61,438 nucleotides of DNA from NCBI GenBank assembly GCA_903934015.1, contig CAIZMI010000003.1, positions 1 through 61,438 of the forward strand, given 5' to 3'. Made by a program: the position numbers and the translations under genes. Source of the stretch: an uncultured bacterium (GTDB lineage Bacteria; Patescibacteriota; Andersenbacteria; UBA10190; CAIZMI01). Positions within the stretch are counted from its first letter, which is position 1; the number at the start of each line of letters is the position of its first letter. The notes below the pieces were generated by a model. That model had not been told where the DNA came from. It searched no databases and saw only the letters and a list, made by a program, of their open reading frames with translations. Positions 1 to 8,936 of this stretch are shown piece after piece.

Positions 1-208
1 TTGTTATTGGGCGCGTGTTTAGCATGGTGATGTTCATAATCCCAGACTACGACACGCGCTTTGTTATCCACAGGTTTCAGACCAATTCTGTGGTGGAAAC
101 AGGTGGGACGTTCATACCAATCTTGCGTTGGATAAGACTGGAGGTTGGCGCTAACTCAAAAAAATATTATAATGAAATTATTCAATTATTAATAAATGTA
201 ACATCCTA

Positions 209-976
209 ATGAATAAGAAAATTTTAATTGCCTTAGTAATTATATTGGTATTTATTTGTGTGGCATATGTATTTTCGACAAATAATAAGCAAGCAAAAGG
301 ATTGGTTGCTTCAGGGCATCCGGCATGGTCGCCTATTATGTATCAAGATAATAATCAGATTGTCGGGGCAGGGCCCGAAATCGTTAAGAAGATTTTTTCT
401 GAGTTGGGTATTATTGTCGATTCTCGATATGAGGGAACGTGGGATGTTGTACAAGAGAAGGCACGAAGTGGGGTAGTGGATGTTTTGGTGGCGGCTTATA
501 AAACTGCTGAAAGAGAAAGTTATATGGTTTACTCAAACCCATACACCTTCGACCCGATAGTGTTGGTTGTAAAAAAGGGTAATGCTTTTGTTTACGATAA
601 ATGGGAAGACTTAATAAGCAAAAAAGGGGTCGTCACCATCGGAGACAGCTATGGTCAGGATTTTGATAATTTTGTGAAAGAAAAGCTAACTCCGGTTAAG
701 GTTGCGACGCCGGGTGAGGCTATTGGCCTTCTGAATAAGGGCGAAGCCGACTATTTCGTTTATGCATTATATTCTGCTCAAAATTTCATTTCAGAAAATC
801 AATTATCCGAACAAGTTGAAATAATGCCAAAAAATATCAGTTCGGAAAATTTCTATCTTACGATTTCCAAGAAATCACCATACGTAAACTTAATGCCAAA
901 GGTAAATGATCTTCTAAAAAAATATACAGAAGATGGCACAATTTCAAGAATAATTGAACAATATAACAAAAAATAA
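209..976 (+). CDS. Amino-acid ABC-type substrate-binding protein (SBP family 3), N-terminally anchored
   Basis: Hydrophobic N-terminus; PAWSPIMYQDNNQIVGAGPE, W..V...ARSG.VDV, YSNPY and GTISRIIEQY segments typical of PBP2/SBP_bac_3. Confidence 0.85.
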   Translation: MNKKILIALVIILVFICVAYVFSTNNKQAKGLVASGHPAWSPIMYQDNNQIVGAGPEIVKKIFSELGIIVDSRYEGTWDVVQEKARSGVVDVLVAAYKTAERESYMVYSNPYTFDPIVLVVKKGNAFVYDKWEDLISKKGVVTIGDSYGQDFDNFVKEKLTPVKVATPGEAIGLLNKGEADYFVYALYSAQNFISENQLSEQVEIMPKNISSENFYLTISKKSPYVNLMPKVNDLLKKYTEDGTISRIIEQYNKK

Positions 977-1135
977 TAATGGGTTGTCGCTTCTCCTCTG
1001 TTTTGATTAATATAAAATGTTGAAATAATAATGAGACTCAACATTTGGAAGCTTTATTTTTTGAATAAAAAGATGAGGTTTTTGAGAAAAAATTGGGGTG
1101 TTGCGATAAGCGTCATTTTCCGCTAGCCTACTTTG

Positions 1136-2389
1136 ATGTCTTCCGTTGAACAATTTGATTTGGTGGTAATTGGTGGCGGGCCTTCCGGTATGGTTTCAGC
1201 CGGTCGAGCAGGGAAGCTGGGCCATTCTGTTTTGTTGTTGGAAAAAAACTTATCGCTCGGTAGAAAATTGTTACTTACGGGGGGCGGACGGTGCAATATC
1301 ACCAACCACAAGCCAACACCACAACTAATGATTGAAAAATACAAAGGTAGTGAAAAATATTTGCATTCCGCCTTTGCGCAATTCGGCGTGAACGACACCA
1401 TGGAGTTATTTAATCGTCTTGGGGTGCAAACAAAAGAAGAGGCGGAAGGAAGAATATTTCCAATGTCTGATTCATCGCGTTCAGTTTTACAGGCGCTAAT
1501 GCGTTATATGCGAGAAGGAAACGTAAAAATCAGAACAAACGCAAACGTTGCTGATGTTATTATCAACGGCGAGACAAAACTCTTTCACATTAAATTGAAA
1601 GACGAAAGTGAGATAATCGCGAAATCATGCATTATTTCGACCGGTGGTGTTAGTCACAAGGAAACCGGTTCAACTGGGGATGGTTTTCGGTGGCTTAAAA
1701 AACTTGGCCATAACATTATTAATAACAATATGGCGTTAGTTCCTGTTGCGCTAAAGGATGATTGGGTGAAAAAATTGTCCGGAGTGAAACTGGAAAATAT
1801 TAAATTGACTACATTTCAAAACGGTAAAAAGCAGAAGTCTCAAGAAGGAAAAATTTTGTTTACGCATTTTGGTGTTACCGGTCCGACCATTTTAAATATG
1901 AGCAAGGGGATTGGCGAATTGCTACAGTATGGAGATGTTGTGGTGATGTTGGATCTCTTTCCTGGTACAGATCACTTGGAAGTAAAAAAGAGACTGCAAG
2001 AATTATTAGTTGCAGAAAGCAATAAGCAACTTAAAAATAGCTTGGCACAACTAGTTCCTCTTTCATTTGTTTCTGCTATCTTGGAAATCGGAAAAATTAG
2101 TGGTGATAAAGTTAATAATAGTGTAAGTCATGAAGAAAGAATAAAAATTGTCGCGTTAATTAAAGCGATTCCCCTTAATGTGAGTGGTTTACTTGGTGCC
2201 AGTAAGGCGATTGTTTCTTCCGGTGGTGTTGATCCCAAAGAAGTGAATTTTAGGACTATGGGATCACGCATTGTCCCGAATTTGTTTGTCACCGGTGATG
2301 TATTGAATATTGATCGACCATCCGGGGGATATAGTTTGCAACTTTGCTGGACAACCGGTTTTGTCGCGGGTAGTAACATCAATAAATAG
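1136..2389 (+). CDS. HI0933/YhiN (BaiN-like) FAD-dependent oxidoreductase
   Basis: GGGPSG dinucleotide motif, GRKLLLTGGGRCNITN, GSTGDG, LFTHFGVTGP, GGYSLQLCWTTG. Confidence 0.92.
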   Translation: MSSVEQFDLVVIGGGPSGMVSAGRAGKLGHSVLLLEKNLSLGRKLLLTGGGRCNITNHKPTPQLMIEKYKGSEKYLHSAFAQFGVNDTMELFNRLGVQTKEEAEGRIFPMSDSSRSVLQALMRYMREGNVKIRTNANVADVIINGETKLFHIKLKDESEIIAKSCIISTGGVSHKETGSTGDGFRWLKKLGHNIINNNMALVPVALKDDWVKKLSGVKLENIKLTTFQNGKKQKSQEGKILFTHFGVTGPTILNMSKGIGELLQYGDVVVMLDLFPGTDHLEVKKRLQELLVAESNKQLKNSLAQLVPLSFVSAILEIGKISGDKVNNSVSHEERIKIVALIKAIPLNVSGLLGASKAIVSSGGVDPKEVNFRTMGSRIVPNLFVTGDVLNIDRPSGGYSLQLCWTTGFVAGSNINK

Positions 2390-2401
2390 TATTGGGCAAA
2401 T

Positions 2402-2926
2402 GTGGTTAGTGATGTATTGGTGTGTTATGCTTTTGCTGTGATTAAATATCAATTTTGTCCAAAGTGTGGTGGTGGTCTTAAGCCAAAAAATGCTTCTTTG
2501 CTTGTGTGTGGAGTTTGTAGTTATCATTTTTATCAAAACTCAAAACCAACAGCAAAAGCATTAATCATTGAAGATGGCAAAATTCTTTTGGGAATACGCG
2601 CAGTTGATCCGTTTAAGGGGCACTGGAATATTCCTGGCGGTTTTCTCGAGTATGGTGAGGACCCAAAAGACTGTGCAAAAAGAGAAGCACAAGAAGAGAC
2701 TGGCCTAGAAGTGCAAATTGGTGAATTGTTGGGAATATTTACTGATTTTTATGGTGTGGAAAAAAATGCGACAATAAATATAGCATATATGGCTTCGAGA
2801 ATTAGCGGGGAGGTTAAGCCAGGTGATGAACTTGTGGAATTAGGTTGGTTTTCGCCTGACAATTTACCTAACACTCTCGCTTCTGAGTGCAATGCCAAAA
2901 TGTTGGAGGCATGGAAAAGATTATAA
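2402..2926 (+). CDS. NUDIX hydrolase with N-terminal zinc ribbon
   Basis: CPKCG...CGVC; Nudix box GGFLEYGEDPKDCAKREAQEETGL; true start may be slightly downstream. Confidence 0.9.
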   Translation: MVSDVLVCYAFAVIKYQFCPKCGGGLKPKNASLLVCGVCSYHFYQNSKPTAKALIIEDGKILLGIRAVDPFKGHWNIPGGFLEYGEDPKDCAKREAQEETGLEVQIGELLGIFTDFYGVEKNATINIAYMASRISGEVKPGDELVELGWFSPDNLPNTLASECNAKMLEAWKRL

Positions 2927-2942
2927 TAATTAATATAGAAAT

Positions 2943-3344
2943 ATGAACAATACATATGATTGGTATGCGCAGTTGATCAAGCCATCATGGGCACCGCCGT
3001 CGTGGCTTTTCGGGCCGATTTGGTCGGTTTTATATGTTATTATCGCTATTTCCTATGGAATGGTATTTTGGTTAGCAATACAGAAAAAGATTACATGGCT
3101 GGTTGTTTTACCGTTTGCGCTTAATTTGTTGTTTAATGTGATTTTTACACCGCTTCAATTTGGCCTACGAAGCAATATTCTGGCATCGATTGATATTTTA
3201 TTTATTCTTGCCACATTAATTTGGGCGATGATTGCCATCTATCCGCATATGCGCTGGATTACTTACGCGCAAATTCCTTATTTATTGTGGGTTTGTATCG
3301 CGACTGTTTTGCAATTTACGGTAACATATTTGAATTTCAAATAA
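2943..3344 (+). CDS. tspO: TspO/MBR tryptophan-rich sensory protein
   Basis: WYAQLIKPSWAPPSWLFGPIWSVLY and PYLLWV motifs. Confidence 0.92.
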   Translation: MNNTYDWYAQLIKPSWAPPSWLFGPIWSVLYVIIAISYGMVFWLAIQKKITWLVVLPFALNLLFNVIFTPLQFGLRSNILASIDILFILATLIWAMIAIYPHMRWITYAQIPYLLWVCIATVLQFTVTYLNFK

Positions 3345-3354
3345 TTTAGTACAT

Positions 3355-3753
3355 ATGTTTTTAAAACTATATTTTATTGCCTTACCAGTTTTTTTCGCGG
3401 TGGACATGATTTGGTTAGTTTTTGTTGCAAAAAACTTTTATCAAAAACAAATTGGGCTTCTTATGAAGCAGAACATAAATTGGCCCGCGGCCATAATATT
3501 TTATTTATTGTTTATTGCGGGTTTAGTTATTTTTGTTATCGCCCCTTCAGTTGAAAAAAATTCCTGGACCCAGGTGGTTGTCTTGGGAGCGTTATTTGGA
3601 TTAATTACTTACGCAACATATGATCTCACTAATTTGGCGACATTAAAAAATTGGCCATTAACGGTTACAATCATTGATCTTGTTTGGGGTATGGTACTTT
3701 CGGCTTCCGTTTCTACTATTACATTTCTAATTGCGCGTAGAATTGGTTTATGA
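3355..3753 (+). CDS. DUF2177 family membrane protein
   Basis: DMIWL, YATYDLTNLATLKNWP, IIDLVWG motifs. Confidence 0.88.
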   Translation: MFLKLYFIALPVFFAVDMIWLVFVAKNFYQKQIGLLMKQNINWPAAIIFYLLFIAGLVIFVIAPSVEKNSWTQVVVLGALFGLITYATYDLTNLATLKNWPLTVTIIDLVWGMVLSASVSTITFLIARRIGL

Positions 3754-4517
3754 GCGATATTACAATTTTGGTGTTGCTTCTTCTTGCATCAAAATCAGCT
3801 TGGTTTGGTATTTCGATTATTAGAAAAAGAAATGATGTTGCCGATGTTGCCTGGGGACTTAGTTTTATTCTTTTGGTATGGGCATCATTTATTCTTTCTG
3901 ATAGCTCCAGTATTCGTAGTTTGATGGTGGTTTTATTGGTGAGTATCTGGGGAATCAGGTTGACGTGGCATATAAATTCCCGGAATCGTGGCAAAGCCGA
4001 AGATTATCGCTATCTTGCTTGGAGAAATGATTGGGGAAAGTGGTTTTATCTTCGTTCTTATTTTCAGGTATATATTTTGCAGGGGTTACTTGCATTAATT
4101 GTAGTGGCACCCGTACTCGTAATTAATCTTAGTAGTAACGATAATATATCTATTCTTGATGTAGTTGGAATAATTTTGTGGCTGATCGGTTTCTTCTTTG
4201 AGTCTGTTGGTGACGCGCAACTTACCAAGTTCATAAAAAATCCAGAAAATAAAGGAAAGTTGATGCAGAGTGGATTATGGAAATACACTAGACATCCAAA
4301 CTATTTTGGCGAGGTGACTCAGTGGTGGGGCATTTGGTTTTTTGCGTTGAGTGTCCCGTGGGGTTTTTGGTCTTTTGTAGGGCCATTAACGATTACTTTT
4401 TTAATATTAAAAGTTTCCGGCATTCCGCTTTTAGAAAAGAAAATGGCCGAGAATCCCGAATTTCAGGACTATAAAAATAAAACAAGCATATTTATTCCGT
4501 GGTTTTCCTTGGGGTAA
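3750..4517 (+). CDS. DUF1295 / steroid 5-alpha-reductase-like membrane protein
   Basis: DVAWG, EDYRY, ESVGDAQL, GLWKYTRHPNYFGE, SGIPLLE motifs. Confidence 0.9.
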   Translation: MSDITILVLLLLASKSAWFGISIIRKRNDVADVAWGLSFILLVWASFILSDSSSIRSLMVVLLVSIWGIRLTWHINSRNRGKAEDYRYLAWRNDWGKWFYLRSYFQVYILQGLLALIVVAPVLVINLSSNDNISILDVVGIILWLIGFFFESVGDAQLTKFIKNPENKGKLMQSGLWKYTRHPNYFGEVTQWWGIWFFALSVPWGFWSFVGPLTITFLILKVSGIPLLEKKMAENPEFQDYKNKTSIFIPWFSLG

Positions 4518-4523
4518 TTTATT

Positions 4524-4865
4524 ATGCGGGTATGGGATATTCATCCAAAACATCTTTGTCGAAAGCATTTGCTTGCGGAGCATCGCGAGTTGCACGGTCT
4601 TTGGAATATATTAACTAAATACCGTGGAAAGGGCGGCTATTCAAGGCACCCTGAGACATTGCGGTGGGTTGGAAAAACCAAGGCTTTGTACATGAGACAC
4701 GAAGCACTGGTAAATGAGTTTGCCCGTCGAGACTACAAACACCATACACCGCTCGATAAAAAACCAGCGAAAGGAAAACAAACGCAGGAAATCTTTATTA
4801 ATACAATAAGAGAGCAAGAAATATTGTTAGGAAATAAAACCTGTGAATGCCTTTTGCATTGGTGA
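4524..4865 (+). CDS. Pyrimidine-dimer DNA glycosylase / T4 endonuclease V-like protein
   Basis: MRVWDIHPKHLCRKHLLAEHRELH...GYSRHPETLRW...RHEALVNEFARRDYKH pattern of the Pyr_excise family. Confidence 0.8.
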   Translation: MRVWDIHPKHLCRKHLLAEHRELHGLWNILTKYRGKGGYSRHPETLRWVGKTKALYMRHEALVNEFARRDYKHHTPLDKKPAKGKQTQEIFINTIREQEILLGNKTCECLLHW

Positions 4866-4942
4866 CTAACTACATGGCAACTTCTTGACTATTATGGTTC
4901 AAATCACTAGGTTAACCGTATATAAAATATAATTTCAAACAT

Positions 4943-5350
4943 ATGTCGATATTTAAGGAATTTAAATCATTTTTACTTAGAGGGAATGTTGTGGATCTTG
5001 CTGTCGGCGTGGTGATTGGCGCATCGTTTGGGTCTGTGGTTACCGCGCTTGTGGCGGACATCTTGACGCCACTTATTGCCGCTGTGGCTAAAGTTCCGGA
5101 TTTTGGTGGGCTTGTTTTTACGATAAACGGCAGTAAGTTTATGTATGGGCACTTTATTAATACGTTAATTTCTTTCCTGTTGGTTGCCACGGCGATATTC
5201 TTTTTTGTAATTAAGCCTATCAATTTATTAATTTCACGCGCTCGCAAAGAACCGCCGGCTGATCCCACAACAAAGAAGTGCTTAGAGTGTTTAAGTGAAA
5301 TTCCTGTTCAGGCAAAACGTTGCTATCATTGCGCGCAGGCGGTTGTATAA
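4943..5350 (+). CDS. mscL: Large-conductance mechanosensitive channel with C-terminal zinc ribbon
   Basis: FKEFKSFLLRGNVVDLAVGVVIGASF; C-terminal CLEC...CYHC. Confidence 0.95.
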   Translation: MSIFKEFKSFLLRGNVVDLAVGVVIGASFGSVVTALVADILTPLIAAVAKVPDFGGLVFTINGSKFMYGHFINTLISFLLVATAIFFFVIKPINLLISRARKEPPADPTTKKCLECLSEIPVQAKRCYHCAQAVV

Positions 5351-5425
5351 AGTCGGTAAACTAGACATTCTGGTACTTTTGGTTCATACTCAGGGCTGAT
5401 TTTTATTGTGTAATATCTCTCACAA

Positions 5426-6892
5426 ATGGCTAATGATAATGTAATAATTCGTTTCTCTGATGTAAGCTTCGGGTATCAGGAACATCGTCCGCTTTTGGAT
5501 GAGGTAAGTTTTTCCGTGCGTGAAGGAAACCGCATTGCTTTGATGGGGCAAAATGGTGCCGGAAAGAGTACAATTTTCAAATTAATTACCGGCGAAATTC
5601 AACCGACCGACGGGCGCGTGTTGATGACATCTAATGGTACATCGGTGGCACTGGGGCGCCAGGTGATGCCGGATGAGGCCAAGGAATTAACGGTACGCGA
5701 GTATTTTCAAACTGCTTTTAATGAAGAAAAGTATGATTTGGACAAACACATTAAGGAAGTATTCGAAGTTGTTAATCTTTCACAACCTCTAGATAAAAAA
5801 GTCGGAAAATTTTCCGGCGGACAGCAAGCTCGATTACTGTTGGCACACGCCTTGATTCAAAAACCCGACATACTATTACTTGACGAACCGACAAATAATT
5901 TGGATCAGCAAGGTATCGATCATTTGATGACTTTTTTAATGTTGTATGAAAAGACAGTTATTGTAATTTCTCACGATGCTGACTTTTTAAATGCATTTAC
6001 CGATGGTGTGTTGTATCTGGATGCTTTTACCAAAAAAATTGAACAATACACGGGAAACTATAGTGATGTGGTGGAACAAATTAAGGTGCGTATCGAACGC
6101 GAAAATCAATTGAATGCGCGGATGTTATTGCAAATAAAAGAGAAGCGCGCTCAATCGGAAGTGTTTGCTCATAAGGGAGGAAAAATGCGTGGTGTTGCCA
6201 AAAGGATGCGTGAGGCGGCATCAGAGGCGGAAGAAAATATTGTTGAAGTGCGGGAGGAAGATCGCGCGATTCGGCCGTTTAAAATACCGACGCAGGAATT
6301 TGAAATTACATTTAAGGGGGCAATTATTGATTTCAATTCTGTTGTAGTGGTGAAAAACCACGAGGCCGTTGAGCGTGATATTAATATTATAGTGAATCGT
6401 AAAACCCACGTTTTGGTTACAGGTCCAAACGGGATTGGTAAAAGTACTTTGTTGGAAAAATTAAGCAAGGGAGATTCGGATTCTGCGGAAATACATCCCG
6501 ACGTCCGTATTGGTTACTATAAACAAGATTTCGGAAATTTAAATTATGAACAAGTTGCCTATGACGCACTCGAAGAAGTGATGGAAGATAAAGATGAACA
6601 CCTCTTGCGTTCATCTGCCGCCGGATTTCTTTTGGATGGGAAAGTCTTAGCGAGCAAGATTAGAGCGCTCTCGGAGGGGCAAAAGGGCTTACTGTCGTTT
6701 TGTCGTTTGGTGTTGATGCGACCGGGGCTTTTGATTTTAGACGAACCGACCAACCACATAAATTTTCGCCATTTGCCGATTATTTCTGAGGCGCTTCATA
6801 ACTATGAAGGAGCAATGGTTTTGGTGTCGCATATTCCGTCGTTCGTCGAACAAATTCGTATTGACGAAACAATTGATCTCGGAAGAATTTAA
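5426..6892 (+). CDS. ABC-F family ATPase (two nucleotide-binding domains, no TM segments)
   Basis: GQNGAGKS/FSGGQ/LDEPTNNLD and GPNGIGKS/LSEGQ/LDEPTNH; YTGNY linker. Confidence 0.92.
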   Translation: MANDNVIIRFSDVSFGYQEHRPLLDEVSFSVREGNRIALMGQNGAGKSTIFKLITGEIQPTDGRVLMTSNGTSVALGRQVMPDEAKELTVREYFQTAFNEEKYDLDKHIKEVFEVVNLSQPLDKKVGKFSGGQQARLLLAHALIQKPDILLLDEPTNNLDQQGIDHLMTFLMLYEKTVIVISHDADFLNAFTDGVLYLDAFTKKIEQYTGNYSDVVEQIKVRIERENQLNARMLLQIKEKRAQSEVFAHKGGKMRGVAKRMREAASEAEENIVEVREEDRAIRPFKIPTQEFEITFKGAIIDFNSVVVVKNHEAVERDINIIVNRKTHVLVTGPNGIGKSTLLEKLSKGDSDSAEIHPDVRIGYYKQDFGNLNYEQVAYDALEEVMEDKDEHLLRSSAAGFLLDGKVLASKIRALSEGQKGLLSFCRLVLMRPGLLILDEPTNHINFRHLPIISEALHNYEGAMVLVSHIPSFVEQIRIDETIDLGRI

Positions 6893-6968
6893 AATTAAGA
6901 GAAGAAATACACATAGTATAAAAGTGTGTTGTGTTATAATAACTAATATAATAATTAATATTAAATAA

Positions 6969-7532
6969 ATGATCACGATTGGAGAAAAAGTTGCAAATTT
7001 TACGTGTGATGCTTTTGTTGGCGGTAAAATTAAGTCGATCTCATTGAAAGATTATGAAGGCAAGTGGGTCGTATTGCTTTTTTATCCGGCCGATTTTACG
7101 TTTGTTTGTCCAACTGAACTGCAAGAGGCGGGGGAGTTTTATGATGAATTCAAGAAAAACGGGGCGGAGATAATGAGTGTCAGCACCGATACGGCATTTG
7201 CGCACAAAGCTTGGCATGACACATCGGAAGCGATTGGCAAAGTTCAGTATCCTATGTTGGCCGATCCCACCGGCGACGTTTGCCGACAGTTTGGAACATA
7301 TATTCCCAGAGAAGGTTTATCATTGCGGGCGACATTCATTATTGATCCTAAGGGCGTCTTGAAAGCGGTGGATATGCATGACAATAGTATTGGTCGCAGT
7401 ACGGCGGAGATTTTGCGAAAACTTCAAGCCTCAATTTTTGTCTCTAAGCATAACGGTTTGGTTTGTCCGGCTAGCTGGCACCCTGGTGATAAGACATTAA
7501 AAACAACAGTCGATCAGGTAGGGAAGATATAA
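6969..7532 (+). CDS. ahpC: Typical 2-Cys peroxiredoxin
   Basis: FYPADFTFVCPTE and VCPASW motifs. Confidence 0.95.
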   Translation: MITIGEKVANFTCDAFVGGKIKSISLKDYEGKWVVLLFYPADFTFVCPTELQEAGEFYDEFKKNGAEIMSVSTDTAFAHKAWHDTSEAIGKVQYPMLADPTGDVCRQFGTYIPREGLSLRATFIIDPKGVLKAVDMHDNSIGRSTAEILRKLQASIFVSKHNGLVCPASWHPGDKTLKTTVDQVGKI

Positions 7533-7574
7533 TATAGTTTGAAATAAATTTGTAATAAATAACGTAGTAACAAA

Positions 7575-8195
7575 ATGACAAAGTTTGGTCCGATTACCAA
7601 GTATTTTCAAATAACGGCGGTGGTTGGTGTCTTTGTGGGGCTGGCTTTTTTGCGACAGATTTTGGGTTATAACAACGTGCAAGCTAATATAAATAATCAG
7701 GTGGTTAATAGTGCAACACCAAATTCATTAGTTGTTCCGATGAGTACTCCTTTTACGATCAATAATAGAAGGGGAGAAGATGATGAAGATGATGAAGATT
7801 TTCGTCGCGTTGCGCGCGTAACGCCGGTAGTAACTGCGTTGCCTGTTTCAAGTGCTACTCCAGCGACAGTGGCGGTTATTCCTCCGACAGCGTCAGCGCA
7901 AAGTGGTCAATATAGGGATGGGACATATACTGGGCAAATTGCGGATGCGTATTATGGAAACGTGCAAGTGCAACTAGTAGTTGGCGGTGGAAAAATAACT
8001 AAGGTAAATGTTTTGCAATTTCCGAATGATAATGGCACTTCCAGATCGATAAATAATCAGGCAATGCCAATATTGCAACAGGAAGTTATTCAAGTGCAAA
8101 GTGGAAACATAAATGCCGTTTCCGGTGCTTCCGCCTCCAGTCAAGCATTTTCTCAATCATTAAACTCGGCGATTCAGCAAGCAAAGGTTGTATGA
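7575..8195 (+). CDS. Membrane-anchored FMN-binding (flavinylation target) protein
   Basis: N-terminal TM segment, P/T/A-rich linker, YRDGTYTG...YGNVQV, NAVSGASASS flavinylation motif. Confidence 0.9.
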   Translation: MTKFGPITKYFQITAVVGVFVGLAFLRQILGYNNVQANINNQVVNSATPNSLVVPMSTPFTINNRRGEDDEDDEDFRRVARVTPVVTALPVSSATPATVAVIPPTASAQSGQYRDGTYTGQIADAYYGNVQVQLVVGGGKITKVNVLQFPNDNGTSRSINNQAMPILQQEVIQVQSGNINAVSGASASSQAFSQSLNSAIQQAKVV

Positions 8196-8935
8196 TGGTA
8201 AACACCTCGATAATGGGGATGCCGGTTGTGGTAGAAATTGCGGATAAATTTGCTGACGTAAAAGACGTTGATGATGTTTTTGAATATTTACGCGCAATTG
8301 ACGAAAGATTCAGTACCTACAAAGAGTTGAGTGAAATTTCACGCATTAATCGTGGTGAAATTTTACCTGATCAATACAGTGTGGAAATGAAAAATATCTT
8401 GTCTTTGTGTGAAAAAACCAAACAAGAAACAGAAGGTTTTTTTGATATTAATTTCAATGGAAAATTAGATCCGTCCGGGTTGGTAAAAGGTTTCGCAATT
8501 AATGAGGCATCGAAATTATTGACAGCTAAGGGGTATAAAAACTTTTATGTTGAAATTGCAGGTGACGTGCAAACAGTGGGTTTGAATTCGGATAATCAAC
8601 CGTGGGCGATTGGAATTCGGAATCCTTTCAATGAAAAAGAAGTGATAAAAATTATTAATGTCAGTAATCGGGGTGTGGCAACATCCGGAACGTATATTCG
8701 CGGTAATCATATTATTAATCCTATTACCAAAAAACCGGCAACGGAGATAATCAGTTTGACGGTGATTGGGCCGGATATTTACGAAGCGGATCGGTTTGCC
8801 ACGCCGGCTTTCGCGATGGGGTTGTCGGGTATTGATTGGTTGGAGAATCGTGTGGGGTTGGAGGGTTATTTGATATCACACGATAAGCACGCTATTTTTA
8901 CAACCGGTTTTTCGCAATATTTAAAAAATATTTAA
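8192..8935 (+). CDS. apbE: FAD:protein FMN transferase
   Basis: FSTYKELSEISRIN, LDPSGLVKG, AGDV, VATSGTYIRGNHIINP, ADRFATP. Confidence 0.92.
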   Translation: MMVNTSIMGMPVVVEIADKFADVKDVDDVFEYLRAIDERFSTYKELSEISRINRGEILPDQYSVEMKNILSLCEKTKQETEGFFDINFNGKLDPSGLVKGFAINEASKLLTAKGYKNFYVEIAGDVQTVGLNSDNQPWAIGIRNPFNEKEVIKIINVSNRGVATSGTYIRGNHIINPITKKPATEIISLTVIGPDIYEADRFATPAFAMGLSGIDWLENRVGLEGYLISHDKHAIFTTGFSQYLKNI

Positions 8936-8936
8936 C

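Noticed and set aside
15-209. 64-aa ORF at the window start
   Set aside because: No recognisable motif and upstream context is missing, so it cannot be supported.
5270-5350. Zinc-ribbon tail on MscL as a novelty
   Set aside because: A common MscL variant.
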